Below, in pieces: positions 36,241 to 48,280 of a stretch of DNA of 64,000 nt. The position numbers were made by a program, and so were the translations under genes. The notes under the pieces were generated by a model, which worked only from the letters and a program-made list of their open reading frames with translations, did not search any database and was not told where the DNA came from. This stretch comes from Macrostomum lignano (Eukaryota), in the NCBI GenBank assembly GCA_002269645.1, contig NIVC01000822.1:310805-374804 (forward strand), written 5' to 3'. How positions within the stretch are numbered: the first letter of the stretch is position 1; each line of letters opens with the position of its first letter.

Positions 36241-36989
36241 CTCATCTGGCCCATAGCCATGAGTTGGATTCTTTATCTGGCCTTTGAGATAAAAATCTGC
36301 CGATCCCTGCTTCGAAAGCCAGTTTGTGGGACGTTGTACTATCATGGTTGTTATCATTTCTCATGCTTTAATCACGTCATCTTTCTGGTCAATTAGCAGC
36401 CCTGAGAGAAATTTGTATATCTCCAGCTCCACCACCATAGTCTGCAGCAGTCTAACAACCATGGAAATACGCATTTCTTAGGAGGCCATTTAAATTTCAA
36501 AGTACCTTATGCGAATCTTAATGTTAAAATTTTCATGGTGTAACTAATTTAGTAGGATTGCATTGTAATCAGTTATTCATTATTTTTTCGATATTTTTGC
36601 AAACCATCCCACATCGCCTTGATTTGCCATCCTTGTTTAACTGCTGCAGACTTGTCTATTCAGAGGACAGTGGTTTGAAATTGAATCTCTCGCTAAACTC
36701 TCTCCTCTCCACACCTCTCCACTTGCGGGGGTACAGAGAAGGCTATTAAAAAGTTATTCCAAAACACTATACATTCGCTATGTACATTGAGCCCTATCGC
36801 CTGATCCTTCGTCTAGGGGAATGAGTTGGATGAGCGGCAAACAACAGAAAAAGCAGACAGACTTCACATGCCTACAGTTTCTGTTCTGATTGAGATGCAG
36901 AGTTGAGACTTTACAATTAGACAGAGAATAAGTCAATAAAGAATTGTGTCAAATTTGAAGTTAATCGCTTCACGTGGAGCAAACTTATA

Positions 36990-37450
36990 GCAGCCGAAAG
37001 TTAGTCATTTTAAAACCTATTTACACCCTTTGTCCAGATCGGGAAAGAGAGGCAGGTGGGCGGAGGTTAGGGTGGCTGCCTCGCTGAAAAAAACAGCCAA
37101 ACTTTAAAAGTGCACAGTGCCATTCAGGATTAACTTTAAGACTCAAAATTTTACACGATTGTGTCAAAATAGTTGAAGATTGAGTGTGTCAAATTTGAAG
37201 AGAATTGGTGGAAGTGGAGCGGCGCTATGGAGGATTTAGTGAAAAAATCGCGCATTTTGAGCAGTTTTTTGCACTTTTAGGTGGGAAGACTACAATTTAG
37301 GAAAGTTTAAGGTAGCCTATGACACTTTCCATAGTGAATTTAGGGTGGGTGCAAAATTTGGTGTAATTTGGTTGAGCGGTTTGGGAGTCTATAGCGAAGT
37401 AATTTGTATACAGACAGACACACAGAGTTTTGATTTTTATAGTTAGAGAT
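36990..37450 (+). mobile_element. Possible Helentron-like non-autonomous element
   Basis: 3' end ACAGACAGACACACAGAG...TTTTTATAGTTAGAGAT and internal repeated TGTGTCAAATTTGAAG; resemblance only. Confidence 0.3.
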
Positions 37451-37533
37451 ATAAAATTAGAGATATAGAATATAGAATTCTTTAAAATAGTAATTTGTTT
37501 CCTACTATACTAATCAACAACTACATGGTAGAT

Positions 37534-37698
37534 AACTATCTTGTTTGTGCAAAAATTGTGATGGGACAATAGCAAGCATTAGAATGTGATCATTGCCTTC
37601 ATTGGCAACACAGATGTTGCAGTAATGGAATTCCCCAAGTGGAATACCACAGACTTGCTTCACTTGATGTATTCTAGTGGAGGTGTTCAGCTTGTACC
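37534..37698 (+). pseudogene. Degenerate PHD finger (C4HC3), likely transposon-derived
   Basis: Hand translation: CAKIVMGQ*QALECDHCLHWQHRCCSNGIPQVEYHRLASLDVF*WRCSAC, with two stops. Confidence 0.55.
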
Positions 37699-39524
37699 AT
37701 ACTGACTGCACTACCCACATTGGCACCCACATTGCCACCTTTACCATGAGCCTTCACATAGTATGCTCACAATTTGTGAGGTTGGTTGAATTTTATTATC
37801 TTGATAAAAGAGTAGACACATACATGGGGGGGGGGTTAAAAAGCTGGCCTAAAATTTATCAACCCCCTAAGCTGCTCTGATCTTGTTTGTCTTATTTTAT
37901 AAATACAACAGTAACAACACTGGGAAGCACAGTTGCAGATGGTGGGCAATAGCTAATAGGCCCAATTGATTCAAATTCATTTGGCAAATTGGTATATATA
38001 AAATTTCTACCAAATGTTAGGAGGTCAAATATTTGAAAAAACAAAGTTTTTAATGCTTTTGATGCTTGAATTTTTTACTTGAATGCCTACTATTGGTGGC
38101 TGAGTGTTGTAGTGTGCTTATATACTTAGCAACATCAAAAAGTTGCCATCACAAAAGATTCTGTCTGTGATTGTCACTTTTGAAAATGTAGACAAAAATT
38201 TCTTCAATCTTTGCAAGTGATGCAACTTGATACGCTGTGGCAGATTTGAATTGAAGAATAAAGTAAAGGGAGTAGTGTGCAAGGGTTTTGTTGGATGGAT
38301 TAAAGCTATCAATCAGTTTTCTTGTATCTGTTTTTTTTCAGAATAGTCCAAGAGAAATTGCTCACATGGTGCATAGAGTGGCAAATTTTCAATATTGCTA
38401 AGTAAATATTAAACAATAAAAAATCAATTTGGAAGTGTGTCAAATATGAAAAAAAAATTTTCATGCTTTTAATGTTAGAATTATGAATTTCATTACACCT
38501 ATAAGGGAAAATGCAGTAATATTAACTATTACTCATTAGTTGGCCTATATTATCTTGTATTTTGAATTCCTAGTATAATTTATATTAAAAGTTGAACTAA
38601 ACTTTAGTTCAAATTTTTTTTAAGTTTAATAATATTGGCAATGCAAAATGCATAGTTTAATAAACTATTATATAGGACTTATACATATGAGTAGTAAGGT
38701 TTGAATAATGCTTCATAATATATTTTAGAATCAATTTATTCAACACTGCCAAAAATAAAAAAACATATTTTTGGAATGATATGGCAATTTGCAAATAACC
38801 ATTTGTCACATTTTTAGAACTGTCTAATATTACACCATGGTTATAATATAACAAGGAGATTTTAAAAGTAATGCTTTAAGGCTTTTTTTAGGTTTTTTAA
38901 ATGGAATTTTAGCAAATGAGTTATTATAAAATAATTTAAGCAGTAATTTAGCAATAACAATGTCAAAAATATCTTTTTTTTGCTTTGTTCCCTTGTATTT
39001 CATAGTACTCTTCTTTTTAGTTTCATATAACAATCTTTAATTCATTTTACAATAGTGCTCTTTATATGGTGACTCTCGATAATTACATTTAGCAATATCT
39101 CTTTATAGATTGTACTTTCCTGTCATAGCACTTTAGCTTTGATATGTATACCTATCATTTTATATAGTTCCCTTTTCTCTTATCGGCAGAACTCATTTCA
39201 TAAAGCATTCCTATGTGACGCCTGATGCCCTTATTTTAACTAGGCATTCTAATGACTGGCTTTTGACATCCCTAGTATGCCCTTAGAGGCATAAACAGAG
39301 GTGCCAACACAATGCCTTGCAAATTGCAATTCCTCATATTAACCTAGGCTGAGCTTAGCAAGTTTGGTTCAAGTAATAGCAGTGGGTCAAAGATGGCTTT
39401 GTTTGGATATGGCATAAATTTAGCTCATTCTAGTAATTTTTATGTTTTACCATTCAATAGAACAGATGTGCAAGGAGTTATGGCTAAAATTAAAGTTTAT
39501 AGGGACATTCTTATCATTCACAAT

Positions 39525-39639
39525 GTCTGTCTGTCTGTCTGTATGCCTGTCTGTCTATTTGTCTGTCTGTCTGTCTGTCTGTATGCCTGTCTGTCTATTT
39601 GTCTGTCTGTCTGTCTGTATGCCTGTCTGTCTATATGCC

Positions 39640-39670
<31 letters not shown>

Positions 39671-39781
39671 ATGCCTGTCTGTCTATTTGTCTGTCTGTCT
39701 GTCTCTGTCTGTCTGTCTGTATGCCTGTCTGTCTATTTGTCTGTCTGTCTGTCTGTATGCCTGTCTGTCTGTCTGTCTGTC
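39525..39781. repeat. (TCTG)n microsatellite
   Basis: Direct inspection. Confidence 0.95.
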
Positions 39782-39982
39782 CACAGCCCAAAATCATTTG
39801 CAGCACTCTTTTTTGTCATATATTCTACTCACAGTAACACTTGGAAAATTATAATTAAATCCTGCAAGGTCTGAATTCAGCCTAGAGATCCTAACTGAAG
39901 TGGCAGCAATGTGAAACAGAACAAAAATTATTTATTGTCAAGTCTACAGAACAAAAATCCCCAATTCCCAGCCCGCCAGTCC

Positions 39983-40345
39983 ATGGCTCCCCGACGTGAG
40001 AAGAAAAAGAGCGCCCTAAAAGACGTGGTGACCCGGGAGTACACCATCAACCTGCACAAGCGCATTCACGGCGTCGGTTTCAAGCGCCGGGCGCCGCGTG
40101 CAATGACGGAGATTCGCAAATTCGCGGAGAGAATGATGGGCACCCCGGACGTGCGGCTGGACACCCGGCTGAACAAGTTCGTGTGGAGCCAAGGCGTCCG
40201 CAATGTGCCGTTCCGCGTCCGCGTCCGCCTGGCCAGGAAGCGCAACGAGGACGAGGACAGCGCGCACAAGCTGTACACCCTGGTCTCCTACGTGCCCTGC
40301 GCCGAGTTCAAGGGCAAGCAGACCATCAATGTTGAGGCCGAGTAG
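39983..40345 (+). CDS. RPL31: 60S ribosomal protein L31, intronless CDS, 120 aa
   Basis: [40 protein letters not shown]...[38 protein letters not shown]. Confidence 0.97.
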   Translation: MAPRREKKKSALKDVVTREYTINLHKRIHGVGFKRRAPRAMTEIRKFAERMMGTPDVRLDTRLNKFVWSQGVRNVPFRVRVRLARKRNEDEDSAHKLYTLVSYVPCAEFKGKQTINVEAE

Positions 40346-40547
40346 TGCGAGGTTAAACTTGACTAGATGGGACTGACTTGCTGATAGATTGCGAGGGCAG
40401 GTTCTTGATTGAGCATGAAATACAGGGGCTGACGCTGTTGAGCGTGTTTTTAGCTGGATTGCACTGTCTCTGCGCTTGTTCTTTACTTTCATATTATTTA
40501 GAGAGCATCTCTACCTGTGCTTGTGGCTTGTGATTAGTTCTAGAAAG

Positions 40548-41048
40548 GTAGTTGCTGTGCCAGCCTCCCAGATCCTCAGTTGCTGGGCCACCAGCCTCCC
40601 AAATCCTCAGTTGCTGGGCTATCGCCCTCCCAGACCGTCAGTTGCTGGGCCAGCCTTCCAGATCCCCAGTTGCTGGGCCAGCCTTCCAGATCCCCAGTTG
40701 CTGGGCCAGCCTTCCAGATCCCCAGTTGCTGGGCCAGCCTTCCAGATCCCCAGTTGCTGGGCCAGCCTTCCAGATCCCCAGTTGCTGGGCCAGCCTTCCA
40801 GATCCCCAGTTGCTGGGCCAGCCTTCCAGATCCCCAGTTGCTGGCTGGGCCAGCCTTCCAGATCCCCAGTTGCTGGGCCAGCCTTCCAGATCCCCAGTTG
40901 CTGGGCCAGCCTTCCAGATCCCCAGTTGCTGGGCCAGCCTTCCAGATCCCCAGTTGCTGGGCCAGCCTTCCAGATCCCCAGTTGCTGGGCCAGTCTCCCA
41001 GATCCCCAGTTGCTAGGCCAGCCTTCCAGATCCCCAGTTGCTGGGCCA
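40548..41048. repeat. 28-nt minisatellite CAGTTGCTGGGCCAGCCTTCCAGATCCC, about 17 units
   Basis: Head-to-tail units without spacers. Confidence 0.95.
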
Positions 41049-41119
41049 CCGTCACATTCCAACTTTCGAATCTCCAACATTTCACCGACCGGCTTCTTTA
41101 GACAGCCCTTTTTCTCCAG

Positions 41120-44100
41120 CTCCTACTGCGACCGTCAGCTGCCCGACTGTCGCTGCTGCTGTGCCGCAGGTTGTTCAGCAACAGCGGCGGCGGCGGCTCC
41201 GAGCTGGTGTACGGCATTCACCCGGTCTGGCAGGCGCTGTTGTCTCGCCGTCGTCGAATTGACGAAATCTACGTTGACATTCGACACCAAGGGCAAAGCG
41301 ACGTCATAGAAGACTTCGGCTGCGACAGCTCCAGCTCGGCCGAGCTGCGCCAGCTCATCGCTGCCAGCTATGCTCACCTGGTCAGGTACGCTGACAGGCG
41401 CGAACTGGCCGCTCTGTGCCGGGGTCGGGCGCATCAAGGATTCGCGCTGCGGTGCGGACACTTCCCTGTGCCTGTGCTGCCCGGCTGTGCCTCCGACTGC
41501 CGCTCTGAGCTGGCGGCGAGTCGGCTGTGTGTGCTGCTGGACCAGGTGGGGAAGAGATGCAGGGGAGAATGGGGAAGAGATGCAGGGTGAATGGGGAAGA
41601 GATGCAGGGTATAATGGGGAAGAGATGCAGGGGAGAATGGGCAAGAGATGCAGGGTATAATGGGGGAGAGATGCAGGGTATAATGGGGAAGAGATGCAGG
41701 GTAGAATGGGGAAGAGATGCAGGGTAGAATGGGGAAGAGATGCAGGGTATAATGGGGAAGAGATGCAGGGTAGAATGGGCAAGAGATGCAGGGTATAATG
41801 GGGGAGAGATGCAGGGTATAATGGGGAAGAGATGCAGGGTATAATGGGGAAGAGATGCAGGGTAGAATGGGCAAGAGATGCAGGGTATAATGGGGGAGAG
41901 ATGCAGGGTATAATGGGTGAGAGATGCAGGGGAGAATGGGCAAGAGATGCATTGGAGAGAATCGGCAAGAGATGCATTGGGGAGAATCGGCAAGAGATGC
42001 ATTGGGGAGAATCGGCAAGAGATGCATTGAAGAATGGGCAAGAGACGCATTGGAGAGAATCGGCAAGAGATGCATTGGAGAGAATCGGCAAGAGATGCAT
42101 TGGAGAGAATCGGCAAGAGATGCATTGGGGAGAATCGGCAAGAGATGCATTGGAGAGAATCGGCAAGAGATGCATTGGAGAGAATCGGCAAGAGATGCAT
42201 TGGAGAGAATCGGCAAGAGATGCATTGGAGAGAATCGGCAAGAGATGCATTGGAGAGAATCGGCAAGAGATGCATTGGAGAGAATGGGCAAGAGATGCAT
42301 TGGAGAGAATCGGCAAGAGATGCATTGGAGAGAATCGGCAAGAGATGCATTGGAGAGAATCGGCAAGAGATGCATTGGAGAGAATCGGCAAGAGATGCAT
42401 TGGAGAGAATCGGCAAGAGATGCATTGGAGAGAATGGGCAAGAGATGCATTGGAGAGAATGGGCAAGAGATGCATTGGAGAGAATCGGCAAGAGATGCAT
42501 TGGAGAGAATCGGCAAGAGATGCATTGGAGAGAATCGGCAAGAGATGCATTGGAGAGAATCGGCAAGAGATGCATTGGAGAGAATCGGCAAGAGATGCAT
42601 TGGAGAGAATCGGCAAGAGATGCATTGGAGAGAATCGGCAAGAGATGCATTGGAGAGAATCGGCAAGAGATGCATTGGAGAGAATCGGCAAGAGATGCAT
42701 TAGAGAGAATCGGCAAGAGATGCATTGGGGAGAATCGGCAAGAGATGCATTGAAGAATGGGCAAGAGATGCATTGGAGAGAATCGGCAAGAGATGCATTG
42801 GAGAGAATCGGCAAGAGATGCATTGGAGAGAATCGGCAAGAGATGCATTGGAGAGAATCGGCAAGAGATGCATTGGAGAGAATCGGCAAGAGATGCATTA
42901 GAGAGAATCGGCAAGAGATGCATTGGAGAGAATCGGCAAGAGATGCATTAGAGAGAATCGGCAAGAGATGCATTGGAGAGAATCGGCAAGAGATGCATTG
43001 GGGAGAATCGGCAAGAGATGCATTGAAGAATGGGCAAGAGATGCATTGGAGAGAATCGGCAAGAGATGCATTGGAGAGAATCGGCAAGAGATGCATTGGG
43101 GAGAATCGGCAAGAGATGCATTGAAGAATGGGCAAGAGATGCATTGGAGAGAATCGGCAAGAGATGCATTGGAGAGAATCGGCAAGAGATGCATTGGAGA
43201 GAATCGGCAAGAGATGCATTGGAGAGAATCGGCAAGAGATGCATTGGAGAGAATCGGCAAGAGATGCATTGAAGAATGGGCAAGAGATGCATTGGAGAGA
43301 ATGGGCAAGAGATGCATTGGAGAGAATCGGCAAGAGATGCATTGGAGAGAATCGGCAAGAGATGCATTGGAGAGAATCGGCAAGAGATGCATTGGAGAGA
43401 ATCGGCAAGAGATGCATTGGAGAGAATCGGCAAGAGATGCATTGGAGAGAATCGGCAAGAGATGCATTGGAGAGAATCGGCAAGAGATGCATTGGAGAGA
43501 ATCGGCAAGAGATGCATTGGAGAGAATCGGCAAGAGATGCATTGGAGAGAATCGGCAAGAGATGCATTGGAGAGAATCGGCAAGAGATGCATTGGAGAGA
43601 ATCGGCAAGAGATGCATTGGAGAGAATCGGCAAGAGATGCATTGGAGAGAATCGGCAAGAGATGCATTGGAGAGAATCGGCAAGAGATGCATTGGAGAGA
43701 ATCGGCAAGAGATGCATTGGAGAGAATCGGCAAGAGATGCATTGGAGAGAATCGGCAAGAGATGCATTGGAGAGAATCGGCAAGAGATGCATTGGAGAGA
43801 ATCGGCAAGAGATGCATTGGAGAGAATGGGCAAGAGATGCATTGAAGAATGGGCAAGAGATGCATTGGAGAGAATCGGCAAGAGATGCATTGGAGAGAAT
43901 CGGCAAGAGATGCATTGGAGAGAATGGGCAAGAGATGCATTGGAGAGAATGGGCAAGAGATGCATTAGAGAGTATCGGCAAGAGATGCATTGGAGAGTAT
44001 CGGCAAGAGATGCATTGAAGAATGGGCAAGATCACATGAATCAGCACGCACCCGCAGGTGGTGGACATCCTTAACTTCGGCAGTCTGCTCCGCACCTGTC

Positions 44101-44546
44101 TGTTCTACGGTGTCAGCCCGGTGCTCATACCGGGCACCCACAGCTGCCCCCCTCTGCCAGTGGTCTCCAAGGTGAGCTGCGGCGCTCTGGAGGCCACGGA
44201 CTTGCGCGCCCTGCCCGCCAGCAGCGCTGAGTTTGTGCGCCAATGGCGCCAGGCTGGCTGGCTGGCGCTAGGCAGCTCGGGAGGCGATGACGGCGCCCCT
44301 GGAGTGCCTTGCGCCGGCGTCGATCGGCTGACGGAGCTGCTGCCGCATCCGCCCAGCGGTCCGGTGCTTCTGCTGCTTGGCAGCGAGGGCTCCGGCCTGT
44401 CAGCTGAGCTTCTGAGCCTCTGCAACCTGGTGCTGCGGATTCCACAAGCTGGCGCCGCCTGCGCCATGCCGCATCTGAATGTGGGAGTGGCGGCCGGCAT
44501 CCTGCTGCACTGCGTCTCGGGCTGGCTGCGGTCTGCTGCTGCCTGA
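41120..44546 (+). CDS. MRM1: SpoU/TrmH-family rRNA 2'-O-methyltransferase, MRM1-like; exons 41120 (or 41102)-41545 and 44058-44546; no genomic ATG
   Basis: ELVYGIHPVWQAL, RAHQGFAL, LLDQ|VVDILNFGSLLRTCLFYGV, LLLGSEGSGLS, LNVGVAAGILLH. The phase-0 GT-AG intron joins the SpoU motif exactly. The N-terminus LLLRPSAARLSLLLCRRLFS looks like a mitochondrial presequence. Confidence 0.85.
41546..44030. repeat. Intronic minisatellite: ~24-nt units grading into ~84 copies of the 25-nt unit GCAAGAGATGCATTGGAGAGAATCG
   Basis: Fills almost all of the 2512-nt MRM1 intron. Confidence 0.95.
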
Positions 44547-44574
44547 GGCCTCCGGACTGCGGAGTTTTGCGCTT

Positions 44575-44658
44575 TGCCTGTCTGTCTGCCTGTCTGCCTG
44601 CCTGTCTGCCTGCCTGCCTGCCTGTCTGTATGTCTGTCTGTCTGCCTGCCTGCCTGCC

Positions 44659-44714
<56 letters not shown>

Positions 44715-44778
44715 CCTCTATTTGTGTCTGTCTGTCTGTCTGTCCCTCTATTTGTGTCTGTCTGTCTGTCTATCTATA

Positions 44779-44821
<43 letters not shown>

Positions 44822-44865
44822 GTCTGTCTGTCTGTCCATCTATCTGTGTCTGTCTTTGTCTGTCG
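44575..44865. repeat. (TCTG/CCTG)n microsatellite
   Basis: Direct inspection. Confidence 0.95.
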
Positions 44866-45228
44866 TCTGACTGTGTCCTGTCTGAGGATTTGTGGTTTTT
44901 AACCTGTCTAAATTCTGACTGGGCTTTCTCACCTCTGCTCTATACTTCACTCCCTGCCCTCTCTTCTATTGAAGCCTCCCCTCTCACTTCTACGGTATCT
45001 TCCTGGTTTTATACTAGATCTATAATGATGCATTTTTCCAATCCAAGCGTTTTTAAATGTAATTAATAACGAAGGAATAATCATATGAAAGTCGATTTTT
45101 GCGCCAGGATAGTTTTCATTGTTATACTCTTTTTTTTACATTTTTTCATTTGTACCGATTTTTTTCGTTTTAAGAATTAATAGATGAAATATTGAACTCG
45201 CTTTCAGAGAGACCAGAGCATCCCCACA

Positions 45229-47806
45229 ATGGCCGCTTTCTTAGACAGACAGCGAACTAACCAAAATAATAATAATTACTACTATTGCGATCCCGAGTCT
45301 CAGTCCGCACTGCAGTTGCCCATGGCAACCAGCTTTGCCACCACCGATGTTGCCTCCTCGCTGGATGACAGCCTCCTGCTGCCTCCGGATGCCTTCCTGC
45401 CGTCGGCTGCCGCTGCGGCGCCGCACTCGGTTCGGTTTGTCCCTGCCGACGCCCCTCCTGCGGCGGCTCCGTGCCGCTCCTGCCGGCAGCTGGAGCGCGA
45501 CCTCGCCCGGCAGCGTCGAGAGTTGGAGCGGCTGCGGCGGCAGCAGCTGGAGACGCAGAGCCTGCTGGATCAGGAGAGGCAGCAGCGGATGGAGCTGGCT
45601 GAGCCAACGCCGCGGGTGAGCCGAGCGCCTGTTGATGTACAGACAAATCTTTTGAGTATTAGTGTCTGTAGATATTGAGCAGACATCTGTAGGCACATGT
45701 TTTGAGCGGTAGAAAATCAGGAATCTATAGGCGCCTGTAGATCTGCAGCGGGTTTTTCTATAGACATGTGTAAACAGAAGCTTAAATCTATAGGGCATCG
45801 TGGTTACACAGGTCTCTATAGACTCGTGGATCTCCAGATATCTCTAGGTATCTATAGACACGTGTAGATCTACAGCAGGCATCTATAGACACTTGTAGAG
45901 ATCTATAACACTTTTCTATAGACGCTTGTAGATCAATGGCAAGCATTTATGAACACTTGTACGTCTATAGCCGACGTCTACAGAGATATTTAGATCTACA
46001 GTAGGAATTTATAGACACATGTTGATGTACAGCAGGCATCTATGGACACATGTAGATCTATACCACGTCTCTATTGACGCTTGTAGATCTATGACAGGCA
46101 TCTATAGACACATGTATATCTACAGACACAGAGATGTAGATCTATGACAGGCATCTATAGACACATGTAGATCTACAGACACAGAGATGTAGATCAATGA
46201 CAGGCATCTACAGACACAGAGATGTAGATCAATGACAGGCATCTATAGACACATGTAGATCTATTCGATTGTCAAGTTGTTTCTCACAACCTAGACTGCT
46301 TTACAATGCAGGACTGGGACGACAGTCGCGACGCCCTGGCCACCAGAGCCGCCCAGCTTGAGGCTGAAAACGAACGCCTTCGAGCCGACGCTGAGCTTCG
46401 GGAACGCCGGCTGGCCCTGCAGTCCGAGCTGCTTGCCGAGCCCAGCGCTGGCGGCGAGGCTGCGGCCTGGAGGCCCCGGCTGTACAAGGCGCTGGTGCAG
46501 GCCGAGGCTGAGCGCTGGGCGCACGACAGACAGCTGAGACAGACGGTAGGTGGGGCAGACAGACAGGCAGACAGACAGACACTAGGACAGACAGGCAGGC
46601 AGACATGGACACTAGGACAGACAGGCAGGCAGACATGGACACTAGGACAGACAGGCAGGCAGACATGGACACTGAGGCACACTCAAAGGTCACTGAGAGT
46701 CCCAATCCCCACCCCTGTAGGAGGCCGAAGCCGAGGCCGCAGTTTCCGACCTTCGCCGCCGCCTAGACGAGGCGGAGGCGCGCGCTGCGGCCGCCGAGCG
46801 CAAGCTGGCCGCTGCGGACCGGCTGGCGGAGCGGCTTCAGTCGGACGCCCGGCGTCTGGCAGAGCGTCGGGCGCGAGAGGCGAGCGAAGCGGCCGAGGCT
46901 GTTAAATCGGCCAGGGCAGCCTTCGAATCTGCGGCCGGGCTGTGGATGGAGCGCCTGGCCGACATGGAGGGGCGCCTCGGCCGCCTGGCCGACACCACCG
47001 ACCAGCTGGCCGCGTCCGAGAAGGTGCGGAGGCGGCATGTTTTACTGTCTGATTTAATAGTCTCAATCTTACCCACTTGGTTAATCTCACTCCTAAATTG
47101 TCAATCTCACCCCACTCCATCAATCTCATCCCACTCCATCAATCTCATCCCACTCCATCAATCTCATCCCACTCCATCAATCTCATCCCACTTCATCAAT
47201 TTCTCCCACTCCATCAATCTCACCCCAGTCCATCAATCTCATCCCACTCCATCAATCTCATCCCAGTCCATCAATCTCACCCCAGATCGTCAATTTCACC
47301 CCAGTCCACCAATCTCACCCCAGTCCATCAATCTCACCCGCTCGCAGCTGTCCGAACTCTCCTCGGTGTCCGAGCTTCGCGCCGCCCTGTCCGAAACTCG
47401 ATCAGCGCTGGACTCGGAGCGCCAGGCGCGCCGCCTCGAAGCTGGGCGCCACGCGGACGCGCTGGACGCGTCGGCGCGCGAGCAGGCGAAGCTGGCGGCC
47501 GCGCTGGCCCAGTCGGAGCGCCGGCTGCAGCGGGAACGCGAGGCCGCCGAGGCTCAAGGCCGTCAGGCTGTTGAAGACTTTCAGCTGGCCACGGAGCGAC
47601 TGCGGGATCGGCTGCGCCTGGTGGAGGGCGAGCGGAACCTCCTGCAGGCCGCGGCGGCGGCGGCCGCCTCAGAGAAGCAGCAGCAGCGAGCAGCGCGCCC
47701 GCACTCGGCGATGCCTGTCGCCGGGTCCGCCATCGAGGAGTCCGAGGACCCGCGACTGCATGCCGCTGTTCGCGACTTGAGACAGATGCTGGCCAACTCC
47801 GGCTGA
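45229..47806 (+). CDS. Coiled-coil protein, tentatively CCHCR1-like; exons 45229-45615, 46312-46545, 46721-47023 and 47348-47806 (460 aa)
   Basis: All three introns are GT-AG phase 0 and give one continuous frame. AWRPRLYKALVQAEAE and RLRLVEGERNLLQAA resemble CCHCR1 RWREKVFALMVQLKAQ and LQELERDKNLMLAT (by eye). Confidence 0.75.
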
Positions 47807-47829
47807 GCCTGCGCTGGCGCAAGCTGGTC

Positions 47830-48280
47830 AGGGTCCTAACTAGTGGGTCAAGGTCATTTTTAGTGGGGTCACATTATTACTGTGTTAATGGGTCAGGGTC
47901 ATGACTAGTGGGTCAAATTTGTAGTAATTTTTTTCCATGAACATGGTTAATTAGGTATTGTTTGTTTCAAGTGAGCCGAGGTCACAATAAGTAGATCAGG
48001 GTCGAAATTAGTAACTCAAAGTCATAAAAATTAGATCAAAGTCATAATTAGTAGGTCAAATTCTAAATTAGTAGGTCAAAGTCATTACTAGTAGGTCAAG
48101 GTCATTATAACTAAATCAAGATCATAATTGGTAGGTCAAGGTCATAATTAGTAGGTCAAGGTCATAGTAAGGTCAAGGTCAGAACTAGTAGGTCACGGTC
48201 AGAATTAGGTCAAGATCTTACTTGGTCAAGGTTACAATTAGTGAGTACAGCTGATCGCTAGTGGGTCAAGGTCATTTTTT
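47830..48280. repeat. ~20-nt degenerate repeat AGTAGGTCAAGGTCATAATT
   Basis: Direct inspection. Confidence 0.8.

Noticed and set aside
34626-36256. Leu/Ser-rich ORFs in CT-rich tracts (also 28026-28527, 53317-54546, 59171-59892)
   Set aside because: Pyrimidine-only sequence cannot form stop codons; compositional artefact.
39983-40345. RPL31 as a processed pseudogene
   Set aside because: ORF intact, with no poly(A) remnant or TSD; the host codon style and cluster context favour a real gene.
40548-41048. 28-nt repeat array as a possible CRISPR
   Set aside because: Units are contiguous with no unique spacers, and the context is eukaryotic.
41135-44095. 986-aa minus-strand ORF and many overlapping repeat ORFs (CISCRFSPMHLLPILSNASLADSLQ)
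   Set aside because: Translation of a stop-free 25-nt minisatellite inside the MRM1 intron; open in several frames at once.
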